64,000 nt of DNA from Solirubrobacterales bacterium. Lineage in GTDB: Bacteria; Actinomycetota; Thermoleophilia; Solirubrobacterales; 70-9. The position numbers and the translations under genes are program-made. Below are positions 1 to 9,785 of this stretch, piece after piece. Each line of letters starts with the position of its first letter. Within the stretch, counting starts at the first letter, position 1. The stretch covers positions 2,885 through 66,884 of the forward strand of contig DATFPK010000019.1 of the NCBI GenBank assembly GCA_035264885.1, written 5' to 3'. The notes under the pieces are model-generated. The model was not told where the DNA came from and ran no database searches. It saw only the letters and a list, made by a program, of their open reading frames with translations.

Positions 1-1
1 G

Positions 2-1531
2 GCGATCGGTGACGCCGAGCCCTGGACACGCCCGGGGGCGGCCGAAGAGGTGCGCCTGCCGGAGCCGCGGCGGCTGCCGCCGTCGCTGACGGAGGCGGTC
101 GGCGCCGAGTGGGTGCTGACCGGTCACGAGGACCGGGTCCGGCACGCGGTCGGCCGGGGCTACGCGGATCTCGCGCGTCTGCGGCGTGGCGGTCTGGAGC
201 GGGCGCCGGACGCGGTGATCCTCCCGGCGAGGCCCGGGCAGGTCGAGCGGGTGCTGGAGATCTGCTCGGCCGAGAGGATCGCCGTGGTCCCGTTCGGCGG
301 TGGCTCCAGCGTCGTCGGCGGTGTCGAGCCCCTGGCGGGCGAACACGGCAGGGTGGTCACCCTGGACCTCTCGCGGTTGCGGGAAGTCGAGGTTGACCGG
401 CGCTCGCTGACTGCCCGGCTCGGCGCCGGGCTGCGCGGGCCCGAGGCCGAGGCGGAGCTGGGGGCGCACGGCCTGACCCTCGGCCACTTCCCGCAGTCGT
501 TCGAGTACGCGACGATCGGCGGCTTCGCGGCAACGCGGTCGGCCGGCCAGGCGTCGAGTGGATACGGGCGATTCGACGCGCTGGTCACCTCGGCGCGCCT
601 GCTCTCGCCGGCCGGCGCGCTGGAGACCGGGGAGTCACCGCATACGGCGGCCGGTCCTGCCCTGCGCGAAGTGGTGGTCGGATCCGAGGGAGTGCTCGGA
701 GTGATCCCCGACGTCACGGTGCGGGTGCGGCCCGCGCCCGCCGCGCGCCGCTACGAGGGCTGGTTCGCCGACAGCTTCGAGGCCGGCGCCGAGATCGTCA
801 GGGCGATGGCGCAGGAGGGGACGCTGCCGGACGTCGTCCGGGTCTCCGACGAGGAGGAGACGCGGGTCTCGATGGCGCTTTCGGGGCCCGGCGGGACCGC
901 GGGGCGGCTGTTCGACTCCTACCTCGGGCTACGGGGCAAGCGGGACGGCTGCGTCGTGATCATCGGCGTCGAGGACGACCGCGAGGCAGCGGCCCGCCGC
1001 CGCGCCCTGGCGGTGCGCAAGCTCAGAGCCGGCGGCGCCGCCTACGTCGGCCGCGCCGCGGGCAGGTCGTGGGCCAGCGGCCGCTACCACGGCCCCTATC
1101 TGCGCGACGCGCTTCTCGACCAGGGGGCGATGGTCGAGACGCTGGAGACGTCCCACACGTGGTCGGGCCTGCGCCGCCTCTACGAGGGTGTTCGGGATGC
1201 GATTCGCGGCGCTCTTGACCGCCAGGGCACGCCCGGGCTCGTCTTCTGCCACCTCTCGCATGCCTACCCCGACGGCGCCTCCCTGTATTTCACCTTCATC
1301 GCCCGCCGGCGGCCCGGCGACGAGCTGGGCCAATGGGCCGCGGTCAAGGGGGCGGCGTCGGAGGCGATCGTCGGCGCCGGCGGCACGATCACCCACCACC
1401 ACGCGATCGGCCGCGACCACCTGCCCTACATGGAGTCCGAGGTCGGCCCCCTCGGCCTCGGCGCCCTGCAGGCGGTCAAGGACCGCCTCGACCCCGCCGG
1501 GATCATGAACCCAGGCAAGCTCCTGCCCTGA
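2..1531 (+). CDS. FAD-linked oxidase (alkyl-DHAP synthase / GlcD-like); 5' end probably lies outside the window
   Basis: ORF 50..1531, with the frame open back to base 2. FAD-binding motif PFGGGSSVVGG. C-terminal DPAGIMNPGKLL is typical of the FAD-oxidase C domain. High GC3. Confidence 0.8.
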   Translation, partial: AIGDAEPWTRPGAAEEVRLPEPRRLPPSLTEAVGAEWVLTGHEDRVRHAVGRGYADLARLRRGGLERAPDAVILPARPGQVERVLEICSAERIAVVPFGGGSSVVGGVEPLAGEHGRVVTLDLSRLREVEVDRRSLTARLGAGLRGPEAEAELGAHGLTLGHFPQSFEYATIGGFAATRSAGQASSGYGRFDALVTSARLLSPAGALETGESPHTAAGPALREVVVGSEGVLGVIPDVTVRVRPAPAARRYEGWFADSFEAGAEIVRAMAQEGTLPDVVRVSDEEETRVSMALSGPGGTAGRLFDSYLGLRGKRDGCVVIIGVEDDREAAARRRALAVRKLRAGGAAYVGRAAGRSWASGRYHGPYLRDALLDQGAMVETLETSHTWSGLRRLYEGVRDAIRGALDRQGTPGLVFCHLSHAYPDGASLYFTFIARRRPGDELGQWAAVKGAASEAIVGAGGTITHHHAIGRDHLPYMESEVGPLGLGALQAVKDRLDPAGIMNPGKLLP

Positions 1532-1613
1532 GCGGACGAATTTTTCCTCGCCATGCAGGGAAAAACTGCCCAGTCGCCGAGATGGGTTGCGGCGGACTCG
1601 GGCCGGCCGCGGC

Positions 1614-2684
1614 CTAACCGCCGGAGCCACCACCTCCGCCTCCGCCCGAGCCGCTGGTCGGCACGCCTGGGCCCTGGATCCGGCCGCGCAGGACGCTCTC
1701 TCCCACATAGGGCGGCGGCGCCTGCTGGCGCTGCGCCCTCTTAAGGGCCTGCTGCAGCTCGGCTACATCGGTCAGCGAGATGTCGATCGAGTTGAAGCGT
1801 CCCTGCGAGAGCACCGCCAGCACCTGCGCCGGGATCGGCGCGAGTCCGCGCAACGTGCCCTCGTCGCCGACCTTCTCGAACGAGAGCGGGAAGGCGTTGT
1901 CATCGGACCCGTAGAGCCAGATCACGTAGTTGTCGCCCTCCGGCGACGGCGCGAGGCCGCTGGCGTTGATCTGCAGGTACGGCTTGTTCCGGAGCTGGCC
2001 GAACTCGGCCCCGCCGGTGGCGTCGGTGCCGTTCTGCGGCTCGAGGACCGCGAACGTCGCATTCGGCTCCGTACCGGCCACCCCGGTGGACCCGGTCGCC
2101 CCGGTCGCGCCGCCGTTCGAGGCGGTCGTCTCGTCGGTCGCTCCGCCGTCGTCCCCGTCGCCGCCGAACACGCCGGCCGCGATCAGGACGATCGCAAGGA
2201 CGACCAGGCCGCCGCCGACCAGCGCGGCGAGGATCCGGCGCTGCCGGCCGTCGAGCCGCTTCAGGCCGTCCAGCGGGTTGCGCGAGGCCGACGTGCGACG
2301 CGGTGCGCCGGCCGGCGCAGCCGCGGGCTCCGATGCCCGGCTTCGCCGTCCGGCCCGCTCGCCCGGCAGATCCGGCAGGTCGGCGGACGGCGCGAGCAGG
2401 CGAAGCTGTCCGATCAGCTTCCCCGCGAGGTCGCGGGCGTCGGCATTCTCGGCGAGGTGGCGGGCCGCGTCGGCCCGCCCGATCGGGTCGCTCTGGCCGA
2501 GGAGGTAGTCGGTCAGGCCGACCTCGGCGTCGGGATCGCGGCCGCCCATCTCGGTGAGCGCCGCCCGAGCCCGCGCCCGCACGTCGTCGACCCCCAGCCC
2601 CAGCAGGGAGGCGATGTCGTCGTAGCTCTGGTCACGCTCCAGCAGCAGCTGGAGCATCGCCCTCTGATCGTCGGTCAGGGCCAC
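1614..2684 (-). CDS. membrane protein with N-terminal sigma-70 region-4-like HTH and C-terminal anti-sigma-K (RskA)-like domain
   Basis: GTG at 2684 inside ORF 1614..3131. HTH DQSYDDIASLLGLGVDDVRARARAAL. One TM helix ILAALVGGGLVVLAIVLIAAGVF. RskA-like NYVIWLYGSDDNAFPLSF. Gly-rich tail. Confidence 0.65.
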   Translation of the reverse strand: MALTDDQRAMLQLLLERDQSYDDIASLLGLGVDDVRARARAALTEMGGRDPDAEVGLTDYLLGQSDPIGRADAARHLAENADARDLAGKLIGQLRLLAPSADLPDLPGERAGRRSRASEPAAAPAGAPRRTSASRNPLDGLKRLDGRQRRILAALVGGGLVVLAIVLIAAGVFGGDGDDGGATDETTASNGGATGATGSTGVAGTEPNATFAVLEPQNGTDATGGAEFGQLRNKPYLQINASGLAPSPEGDNYVIWLYGSDDNAFPLSFEKVGDEGTLRGLAPIPAQVLAVLSQGRFNSIDISLTDVAELQQALKRAQRQQAPPPYVGESVLRGRIQGPGVPTSGSGGGGGGGSGG

Positions 2685-2751
2685 GCGCGGAAGCCTACGC
2701 GGTGCCCACCACCTGCGCGGGGGGTCCGCGCCCGCGGTTAGGTTCCTGCCC

Positions 2752-4221
2752 GTGGCAGTCCGGATCCGCCGATCGGCCGCTCGGCATGCCGACCGTGCCC
2801 TGGCGGGCCTGGCGCTGGCCGCGATCGCCTGCGCCGCGCTGCTCGCGATCGGCCAGGACCGGCTCGGGCTCGGCGAGGGCGAGGCGGCGCGGACTCTGAC
2901 CGCGCGGGTGACGGGTCCCATGCCCGTGGAGTCCGGGCCGTTTCGCGTGTCGCTGGACGTCATCACGGCCGGCCTCGAGGCCGACCCGGCGGTGGAGGAG
3001 GCTCGCCCGGTGCCCGGCCCGCCGGGCTCGCGGCGAGCGACGGTGCTAATCCGCCTGAACGGTGAGGGCTCGGCCGGAGCCGCGGTTGACCGGCTCCGTG
3101 CCGGGATCGACCCCGGGAACCTGAAGATCACCTACCGTGGCCCGGCGGTCGAGCTCGAGAACGCGCGCGATGCGACCCTGTCCGATCTCCTCCTGCTGCT
3201 CGTCGCCGCGCCGCTGGTGGCGCTGCTCGGCGCCTGGGTCCTCGGTCCCGGCCGGGCGCTCGCGGGTCTGATCGCAGCCGGGGCGACGGCGTTCGGCGCG
3301 GGAGCCCTCTGCCTGGCGGCCTCGCTGTTCGCCGACCTCTCGGCGCTGGCCCTGGCGGGCGCGGCCTGCGGCGGGCTGTGTGCGGTCCACCGCTTCGCCG
3401 CCGACCCCGGGCTGGAGAGCGAAGGACCTCCGGCGGCGCCGGCGGTTGCGGCCGCAGGGGTGCTCGCGGCGCCGGCGTTGACCGGGGTCCCGCACCTGGA
3501 ATCGTTTGCGCTCGGCGGCGCCCTCGCGGCGCTCCTGGCCCTGCCGTCGGTGGCGCTCGCCGCTCCGGCCGCCGCCCGGCGATGGGACGGCGAGCCGGGG
3601 GCGGCGCTGACCCGGGTGCAGGCCCGCGTCGCGGGCCTGCTCGCCTGGCAACCGCCGATCGCCCTGCTGGTGGCCGGACTCGCGCTCGCGACGCTGGCGT
3701 TGATCACGCTCCCGGTGAGCGGGCTCGACACCGCGGCGCTGGTGGCGGGGACGCCCGAGCCGGAGCGCATCCTCGTGGCTATCGGAGCAGCGGTGGCGGC
3801 GGTGGTCATGGCCGGCCTGCTCGTCGGCCGCCGGGCCGGCGCCGGCGCGGCGCTGACCGCGATCCCGGCGCCGGCAGCGGCGTCGGGCGTGGCCGCCGTC
3901 GGGTTCGAGCCGGTCTCCACCGCGGCTTTCGTGGCTGCGCTCGCCACGGTCGGGGCCGCCGCGGCCCTAGCCGCGACCGAGGAATCGTTCCCCGCCAACG
4001 CGGCAACCGAGCTGACCGGCGCCCTGCTCGCCGGCGCCCTCGCGCTGTCCGGCGAGTCGTTCCTGCAGCAGTTCGGCGCCGCCACCGCCGCCGGGCTGCT
4101 CGCAGACCTGCTCCTCGTCCGCCTGCTCCTCGTGCCGGCCGCGCGAGTCGGCGGGGCGGGTAGGGTCCGCGTCCGATGGCCGAGACAGCGCCGAGCAGAG
4201 ACGAGTTCGAGCGGCAAGTAG
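2752..4221 (+). CDS. MMPL/RND-like integral membrane protein (about half the usual size)
   Basis: ORF with high GC3 and multiple Ala/Leu-rich TM stretches. The C-terminus LLADLLLVRLLLVPAA resembles the end of an MMPL domain. Confidence 0.6.
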   Translation: MAVRIRRSAARHADRALAGLALAAIACAALLAIGQDRLGLGEGEAARTLTARVTGPMPVESGPFRVSLDVITAGLEADPAVEEARPVPGPPGSRRATVLIRLNGEGSAGAAVDRLRAGIDPGNLKITYRGPAVELENARDATLSDLLLLLVAAPLVALLGAWVLGPGRALAGLIAAGATAFGAGALCLAASLFADLSALALAGAACGGLCAVHRFAADPGLESEGPPAAPAVAAAGVLAAPALTGVPHLESFALGGALAALLALPSVALAAPAAARRWDGEPGAALTRVQARVAGLLAWQPPIALLVAGLALATLALITLPVSGLDTAALVAGTPEPERILVAIGAAVAAVVMAGLLVGRRAGAGAALTAIPAPAAASGVAAVGFEPVSTAAFVAALATVGAAAALAATEESFPANAATELTGALLAGALALSGESFLQQFGAATAAGLLADLLLVRLLLVPAARVGGAGRVRVRWPRQRRAETSSSGK

Positions 4222-4601
4222 GCCCTTCCCGGTTCGACGAGCTGCTGGAGACGGAGTGGGTCTCCGACGAGCCCGGTGAGGCGCGCGTTCGGGTCGACGT
4301 CCGCGACGACCTGCGCCAGCCGTTCGGCCTCGTCCACGGCGGAGTCCTCTCCTCGCTGGTCGAGAGCGTCTGCTCACGAGCGACCGCGCGGGCGGTGCAC
4401 GCCGACGGCAAGGCGGCGATGGGGCAGTCGATCACCGTCAGCTTCCTGCGCCCCGTGAGGGACGGCCGGATCGAGGTAACCGCGCGTGCTCGGCACCGGG
4501 GCTCGACGACCTGGATCTGGCAGGCCGAGGTCGCGGACGCCGAGGGGCGCCTCTGCGCGCTGGCGCAGATGACTATGGCCGTTCGGTCGCTCCGGGCCTG
4601 A
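4176..4601 (+). CDS. PaaI-family hotdog-fold thioesterase
   Basis: Motif FGLVHGGVLSSLVESV and a 141-aa size typical of the PaaI/YbgC-like family. Overlaps the upstream gene by 46 nt. Confidence 0.8.
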   Translation: MAETAPSRDEFERQVGPSRFDELLETEWVSDEPGEARVRVDVRDDLRQPFGLVHGGVLSSLVESVCSRATARAVHADGKAAMGQSITVSFLRPVRDGRIEVTARARHRGSTTWIWQAEVADAEGRLCALAQMTMAVRSLRA

Positions 4602-4747
4602 AGCGGGCCCCCTAGCGGCCTAAACGGGTGCGCTGCGGGTACGGGAGCGGTGCGGCCGGCCCTGCTACGCGCTTCGGGCCCTTTGAACTGGGATAGGGCA
4701 CGGATGCCCGGGGCCGGCCGCTCTTCCTCTGCGGGCGGCGACCCGTC

Positions 4748-6433
4748 TCAGCCGCGGAACCGGTTGGTGATCGGGAAGCGCCGGTCGCGGCCGAAGGCTT
4801 TCGGCGTGATCCGGATGCCGGGCGGCGCCTGGCGCCGCTTGTACTCGGAGCGGTCGACCATGCGGATCACCGTGTCGACGACCTCGGCCGGCGCATCGCC
4901 GCTGATGATCTCGTCCCGGTCGCGGTCGCGCTCGACGTAGTCTTCGAGGATCCGGTCGAGGACCTCGTAGGGGGGCAGGGAGTCCGTGTCCAGCTGGCCG
5001 GGGCGGAGCTCGGCCGAAGGCGGCCGCTCGATGATCGAGCTCGGGATCACCTGGCGTCCGTTCCGCTCGTTGCGCCGCCGCGCCAGCCGGTAGACGAGTG
5101 TCTTCGGCACGTCCTTGATCACGGCGAAGCCGCCGGCCATGTCGCCGTAGAGCGTCGCGTAGCCGACCGACATCTCGCTCTTGTTGCCGGTGGTCAGGAC
5201 GAGCCAGCCGCGCCGGTTCGACAGGGCCATCATCAGGTTGCCCCTGATCCTCGCCTGGATGTTCTCGGCCGCCAGGTCGGGCTCGCTCGGCCGGGCGGGG
5301 TCGCCGGGGAAGGAAAGGCCGCCTTCAGGTGCCGGTCCGATCGGCCCGTCGAGCGCCGCCGCGTAGCTGTCCATCATCGGCTCGATCGGGATCTCGAGCA
5401 GCTCGGCGCCGAGACCTTGCGCCATGGCCCGCGCGTCCTGCTGGGTGTCCTCGCTGGAGTGGGGGGACGGCATCACCACCAGGCTCACCCGCTCGGGCCC
5501 GAGGGCATCAACGGCTATCGCGGCCACCAGCGCGGAATCGATCCCCCCGCTCAGGGCGACGCCGACGTGCCCGAAGCCGTTCTTGCCGGCGTAGTCGCGT
5601 AGCCCGAGGACCAGCGCGGCGTAGACCGCGTCGAGCTCGGGGAGCGGATCGGCCAGGGGGCACGGCTCACCCGGGGGCAGCTCGCAGACCAGCAGCTCCT
5701 CCTCGAACTGCGCGGCGCGGGCGACCACCTTCCCCGCGGCGTCGAGGACGAGGCTGTGGCCGTCGAATACGAGCTCGTCCTGCCCGCCGACCATGTTGCA
5801 GAAGGCGAAGGCGACGCAGTACCGACGCGCCAGGCCGGCGAACATCTCCTCGCGCTCGCGCCCCTTGCCGCGGTGGTAGGGCGAGCCCGACGGGTTGGCG
5901 ATCAGGCGGGCGCCTCGCTCGGCCTCGAGCGAGGCGGGCGGGCCCGCGGCCCAACAGTCCTCGCAGATCGTCAGCCCCACCGGGAGGCCGGCGACCTCGA
6001 CCACCTGCTCCTCGGCGCCCGGCTCGAAGTAGCGCGCCTCGTCGAACACCGCGTAGTTCGGCAGCCTCTGCTTGCGGTACACGGCGCGGATCTCCCCATC
6101 CGCGAGGAGCGCGACGGAGTTGTGGACGGGCCTGCCGCCGTCACCCGGATCCTCGACGCGCTCGGCGAAGCCGACCAGGGCCGCGATGCCCTCGATCTCC
6201 TGCGCCAGCTCGCGCAGTGCCCGCTCGTTGGCCGCCACGAAGTGCGGTTTCAGGTACAGGTCCTCCGCCGGATAGCCAGGCAGGCAGAGCTCGGGGAAGA
6301 TCGCCAGCGCCGCGCCGGCCGCCCGCGCGCGGCCGAGCCACTCGCGGACCTTCGCCGCGTTTCCGTCGATGTCGCCCACGGTGACGTTGATCTGCGCCAG
6401 CGCCAGCCTGAGGTTGCCCCCTGATTGCTCCAT
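4748..6433 (-). CDS. nadE: glutamine-dependent NAD+ synthetase
   Basis: ATG at 6433 (MEQSGGNLRLALAQINV). CN-hydrolase triad context FPELCLPGY / YRKQRLP / ICEDCW. PP-loop SGGIDSALVAA. The upstream part of ORF 4748..6808 is Arg/Pro junk. Confidence 0.9.
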   Translation of the reverse strand: MEQSGGNLRLALAQINVTVGDIDGNAAKVREWLGRARAAGAALAIFPELCLPGYPAEDLYLKPHFVAANERALRELAQEIEGIAALVGFAERVEDPGDGGRPVHNSVALLADGEIRAVYRKQRLPNYAVFDEARYFEPGAEEQVVEVAGLPVGLTICEDCWAAGPPASLEAERGARLIANPSGSPYHRGKGREREEMFAGLARRYCVAFAFCNMVGGQDELVFDGHSLVLDAAGKVVARAAQFEEELLVCELPPGEPCPLADPLPELDAVYAALVLGLRDYAGKNGFGHVGVALSGGIDSALVAAIAVDALGPERVSLVVMPSPHSSEDTQQDARAMAQGLGAELLEIPIEPMMDSYAAALDGPIGPAPEGGLSFPGDPARPSEPDLAAENIQARIRGNLMMALSNRRGWLVLTTGNKSEMSVGYATLYGDMAGGFAVIKDVPKTLVYRLARRRNERNGRQVIPSSIIERPPSAELRPGQLDTDSLPPYEVLDRILEDYVERDRDRDEIISGDAPAEVVDTVIRMVDRSEYKRRQAPPGIRITPKAFGRDRRFPITNRFRG

Positions 6434-6504
6434 GCGAGGAGTATTCCTGTCCGGGCCGCCGCAGTCCGGCGAGTAGCGATCCTGCGTCCAGATAGGCTGG
6501 CCGC

Positions 6505-8046
6505 GTGAGGGGACCCTGGACCATGGCCGCGGCCGCGCTCGTCCTGGCCGCCGCTGCGGCCCCCGGCGCCGGGTCGGCCAGCGGCCGCGCTGCCGGCGGC
6601 GCGGTCGCCGCCACGGCGCGACCCGAACGGGCCACCGCAGCCCTCCGCCGTGCCGTGCGGGTGCGCGAGGGCGCCGCGCGGGGAGATCTGACCGTTGCCC
6701 TGATGCGCCTCGTCCGCGCCTACCCCGGCCTCGGGTCCGCCGGCCGCCGTCGCGCCCGGGCGCTTCTCGCCCGTCCCACGAACCACCCCGATCCGCAAGG
6801 GAATGCATGGCGAGTCCCCGAGGCCGGTCCGTCGCCCTCCTGCAGCCCGAACTTCTGCGTCCACTGGGTCGCCCGCGGCCGCGACGCGCCGCGGATGCGG
6901 GATGGCAACGGGAGGTTCGACGGCGACGGAGTCCCCGATTACGTCGAGAACGTCGTGGCGGTCGCGGAGCGGTCGTTCGCGGTCGAGAACGGCGCCCTGG
7001 GCTGGCGGGAACCGAAGTCCGACGACCGCCTCGGCGGTCGCCGCGGCAAGACCGACGTCTACCTGGTCCAGCTCGGCGGCAGCCTGTTCGGGTACGCCGC
7101 CCCCGACCGCGGCCAGATCCGCCCGGGCGCCCGCAGCTTCAAGCGCTCCCTGTACTCCTATCTCGTCGTCGATGACGACTACCGGCGCTCCGAGTTCCCC
7201 GGGACGACCCCGATCAAGGCGCTCAAGGTGACCCTCGCCCACGAGTACAACCACGTACTCCAGTTCACCTATGACGTCTTCCAGGACGTCTGGTTCGCGG
7301 AGGCGACGGCCACGTGGGCCGAGGAACAGGTCTACGACGCGATCAACGACTATCGCCGCTACGTGCGCCGCTGGGTCAGCCGCACCGAGATCCCACTGAC
7401 CGGCGGGGCGATCAAGATCTACGGGACGGCCGTCTGGAACCTCTGGCTCGAGCGCCGCTACGGCAAGGACCTGATCCGGCGCGCCTGGACCCGGGCGCAG
7501 CGGGTCAAGCCTGGCGGCTATTCGGTTCGCGCCTACGACAGGGTGATCCGCAGAGCCGGGAAGTCGACTTTCTCGCGCGACTTCGCGCGCTTCTCGCGCG
7601 ACCTCGCCGAGTGGCGGATCGGGAGGGTCTTCCCGGAGGGGGGCAGCTACCGAAACGTCGAGCGGGTGGGCGGCCTGACCCCCGGCGGCCGCTCGCGCAG
7701 CGTGCGGCTCGACCACACGACCTTCGCGCTCCTGCGACTGCCCGCCTCCGGGCGCCGGCGGGTCCGGGTCAGGGCAACGGCGCCGCGGGGGATCACGGCG
7801 GCCCTCGCGATCGTCGGCCGCCGCGGCTCGGAGAGAAAGGGGCGGATCGTCTCACGGCTGACCTACCGGCAGGGCGGCGGCCGGATGCGGGTCGGGCTCG
7901 CCCGGCCGGGGCGGTTCCAGCGCCTCACCGCGGTCCTCGTGAACGCCGACGTCGGCCAGAACGGCTTCAGCCCCCGCATCTTCGACTGGCGCTACACCGG
8001 CGACAGCGCCGACTTCGAGCTGGCCGCCACCCACGCCCATGGCTGA
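6505..8046 (+). CDS. secreted putative zinc metallopeptidase (HExxH)
   Basis: Signal peptide MRGPWTMAAAALVLAAAAAPGAGSA. HEYNH motif within LAHEYNHVLQFTYD. Confidence 0.7.
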   Translation: MRGPWTMAAAALVLAAAAAPGAGSASGRAAGGAVAATARPERATAALRRAVRVREGAARGDLTVALMRLVRAYPGLGSAGRRRARALLARPTNHPDPQGNAWRVPEAGPSPSCSPNFCVHWVARGRDAPRMRDGNGRFDGDGVPDYVENVVAVAERSFAVENGALGWREPKSDDRLGGRRGKTDVYLVQLGGSLFGYAAPDRGQIRPGARSFKRSLYSYLVVDDDYRRSEFPGTTPIKALKVTLAHEYNHVLQFTYDVFQDVWFAEATATWAEEQVYDAINDYRRYVRRWVSRTEIPLTGGAIKIYGTAVWNLWLERRYGKDLIRRAWTRAQRVKPGGYSVRAYDRVIRRAGKSTFSRDFARFSRDLAEWRIGRVFPEGGSYRNVERVGGLTPGGRSRSVRLDHTTFALLRLPASGRRRVRVRATAPRGITAALAIVGRRGSERKGRIVSRLTYRQGGGRMRVGLARPGRFQRLTAVLVNADVGQNGFSPRIFDWRYTGDSADFELAATHAHG

Positions 8047-9694
8047 GCTCGTGCTGGGTCCGATCCTGCGCTACGTCAGCGAGACCGAGGCCACGGTCTG
8101 GGTGGAGACCGACGTGGCGACCGAGGTCGAGGTGCTGGATGCCAGAGCGCCCACCTTCGAAGTCGAGGGCCACCACTATGCCCTGGTCTGCATCGAGGGC
8201 CTGGAGCCGGGTTCGGCCACCGAGTACGAGGTGAAGGTCGGGGGCGAGCGCCGCTGGCCCGAGGAGGACAGCGAGTTCCCGCCCAGCCGAATCCAGACGT
8301 TCGACCCGGACGGGGTGGTGCGGCTCGGCTTCGGATCCTGCCGCGTCTGCCTGCCGCTCGAGGAGCCCTACACCCTGACCAAGGACGCCGACGACCGCGG
8401 CCGCGAGTTCGACGCCCTGGACGTGCTGGCCAGCGAGATGGCCCGTGGCGTCCGGGAGAACTCGCCGCAGATCCTCTTCCTGCTCGGCGACCAGGTCTAC
8501 GTCGACGAGGGGGCGCCGGAGACCCGCGAGTTCATCCGCTCGCGGCGCTCCGTGGATGAGCCGCCGGGCGCCGAGGTGCTCGACTTCGAGGAGTACACCC
8601 GCCTTTACCGCGAGTCGTGGGGCGAGCCGCACATCCGCTGGCTGCTCTCCACCGTCTCGACCTCGATGGTCTGGGACGACCACGACATGAGCGACGACTG
8701 GAACATCTCGCGCTCCTGGCACGACGAGATGTGCGAGAAGGACTGGTGGCACACCCGGGTCTGCGCCGGCTTCATGTCCTACTGGCTCTACCAGCACGTC
8801 GGGAACCTGTCGCCACGCGAGCTCGAGGAGAACGACCTCTGGCAGGCGGTCAAGGACGGAGGCGACGCCTCGCGGGCGGTGCGGGACTTCGCCAGCCAGG
8901 CGGGCAAGACCGGCCACGGCATCCGCTGGACGTACTGCCGCGACCTGGGCCGGACGCGGGTGATCATGATGGACTCGCGGGCCGCCCGGATACTCGAGGA
9001 GGACCGCCGCTCGATGTTCGACGACGAGGTGTGGGAGTGGATCGTCGAGCACTCGACCGGGGACTTCGACCACGTCGTCTTCGGGACGACGGTCCCCTGG
9101 CTGATGGCCGGCGCGATGCACCACCTGGAGGCGTGGGACGAGCGGGTCGCCGCCGGCGCCTGGGGCTCGGTCGCAGAAGGCTGGGCCGAGAAGGCGCGCC
9201 GGGCGGTCGACTTCGACCATTGGCCCTGCTTCGGGGAGAGCTTCGGGAAGCTGCGCGACCTGATCGCCGAGATCGGAGCGGGGGAGAGGGCCGAGGGCGG
9301 GGCGGCGCCGGCGACGATCACGGTGATCTCCGGCGACGTCCACCACGCCTACCTGGCGGAGGTCGCCTATCCGCGCGACCGCGGCGTCCGCAGCGCGGTC
9401 CACCAGGCGGTCTGCTCGCCGTTCCGCAACCCGCTGGACAGCCACGAGCGCAACGCGATTCGGGCGATGATCACGCGGCCGGCCGAGCGGCTGGGACGGC
9501 TGCTCGCGAAGGCCGCGGGAGTGCCCGACGCGGGGATCCGCTGGCGGCTCTGCGAGGGCCCCTACTTCGACAACCAGGTCGCCTCGATGCGGATCGACGG
9601 GCGGCGGATGAACCTGCGGCTCGACAAGACGGTCGGAGAGGGCCCCCACGAGGGCCGGCGCCTCGAGCGGGTCTTCGACCGGGCGGTCTACTGA
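8039..9694 (+). CDS. PhoD-like alkaline phosphatase D family protein (no signal peptide seen)
   Basis: N-terminal PhoD_N-like LGPILRYVSETEATVWVETD. Metallophosphatase motifs DDHDMSDDWN and SGDVHHAYL. 8-nt overlap (ATGGCTGA) with the upstream gene. Confidence 0.85.
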   Translation: MAELVLGPILRYVSETEATVWVETDVATEVEVLDARAPTFEVEGHHYALVCIEGLEPGSATEYEVKVGGERRWPEEDSEFPPSRIQTFDPDGVVRLGFGSCRVCLPLEEPYTLTKDADDRGREFDALDVLASEMARGVRENSPQILFLLGDQVYVDEGAPETREFIRSRRSVDEPPGAEVLDFEEYTRLYRESWGEPHIRWLLSTVSTSMVWDDHDMSDDWNISRSWHDEMCEKDWWHTRVCAGFMSYWLYQHVGNLSPRELEENDLWQAVKDGGDASRAVRDFASQAGKTGHGIRWTYCRDLGRTRVIMMDSRAARILEEDRRSMFDDEVWEWIVEHSTGDFDHVVFGTTVPWLMAGAMHHLEAWDERVAAGAWGSVAEGWAEKARRAVDFDHWPCFGESFGKLRDLIAEIGAGERAEGGAAPATITVISGDVHHAYLAEVAYPRDRGVRSAVHQAVCSPFRNPLDSHERNAIRAMITRPAERLGRLLAKAAGVPDAGIRWRLCEGPYFDNQVASMRIDGRRMNLRLDKTVGEGPHEGRRLERVFDRAVY

Positions 9695-9785
9695 GCCGCT
9701 TCCCCCACCGAGACCTTCGCGATCAGCTTGTGGAGGCCCGCCGCCGCGTCGCCGGGGCCCGCCTCGCGAAGCTCGAGCGCCACCG

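Noticed and set aside
1541-1565. TTTTTCC...GGAAAAA hairpin between convergent genes as a bidirectional terminator
   Set aside because: The stem is only 7 bp, mostly A-T, with a 10-nt loop. That is too weak to call.
6434-6808. 125-codon N-terminal extension of nadE
   Set aside because: The extension is Arg/Gly/Pro-rich junk. The CN-hydrolase domain starts at ATG 6433.
7967-9649. 560-aa ORF on the minus strand
   Set aside because: It is antisense to the PhoD-like gene, whose metallophosphatase motifs are clear.
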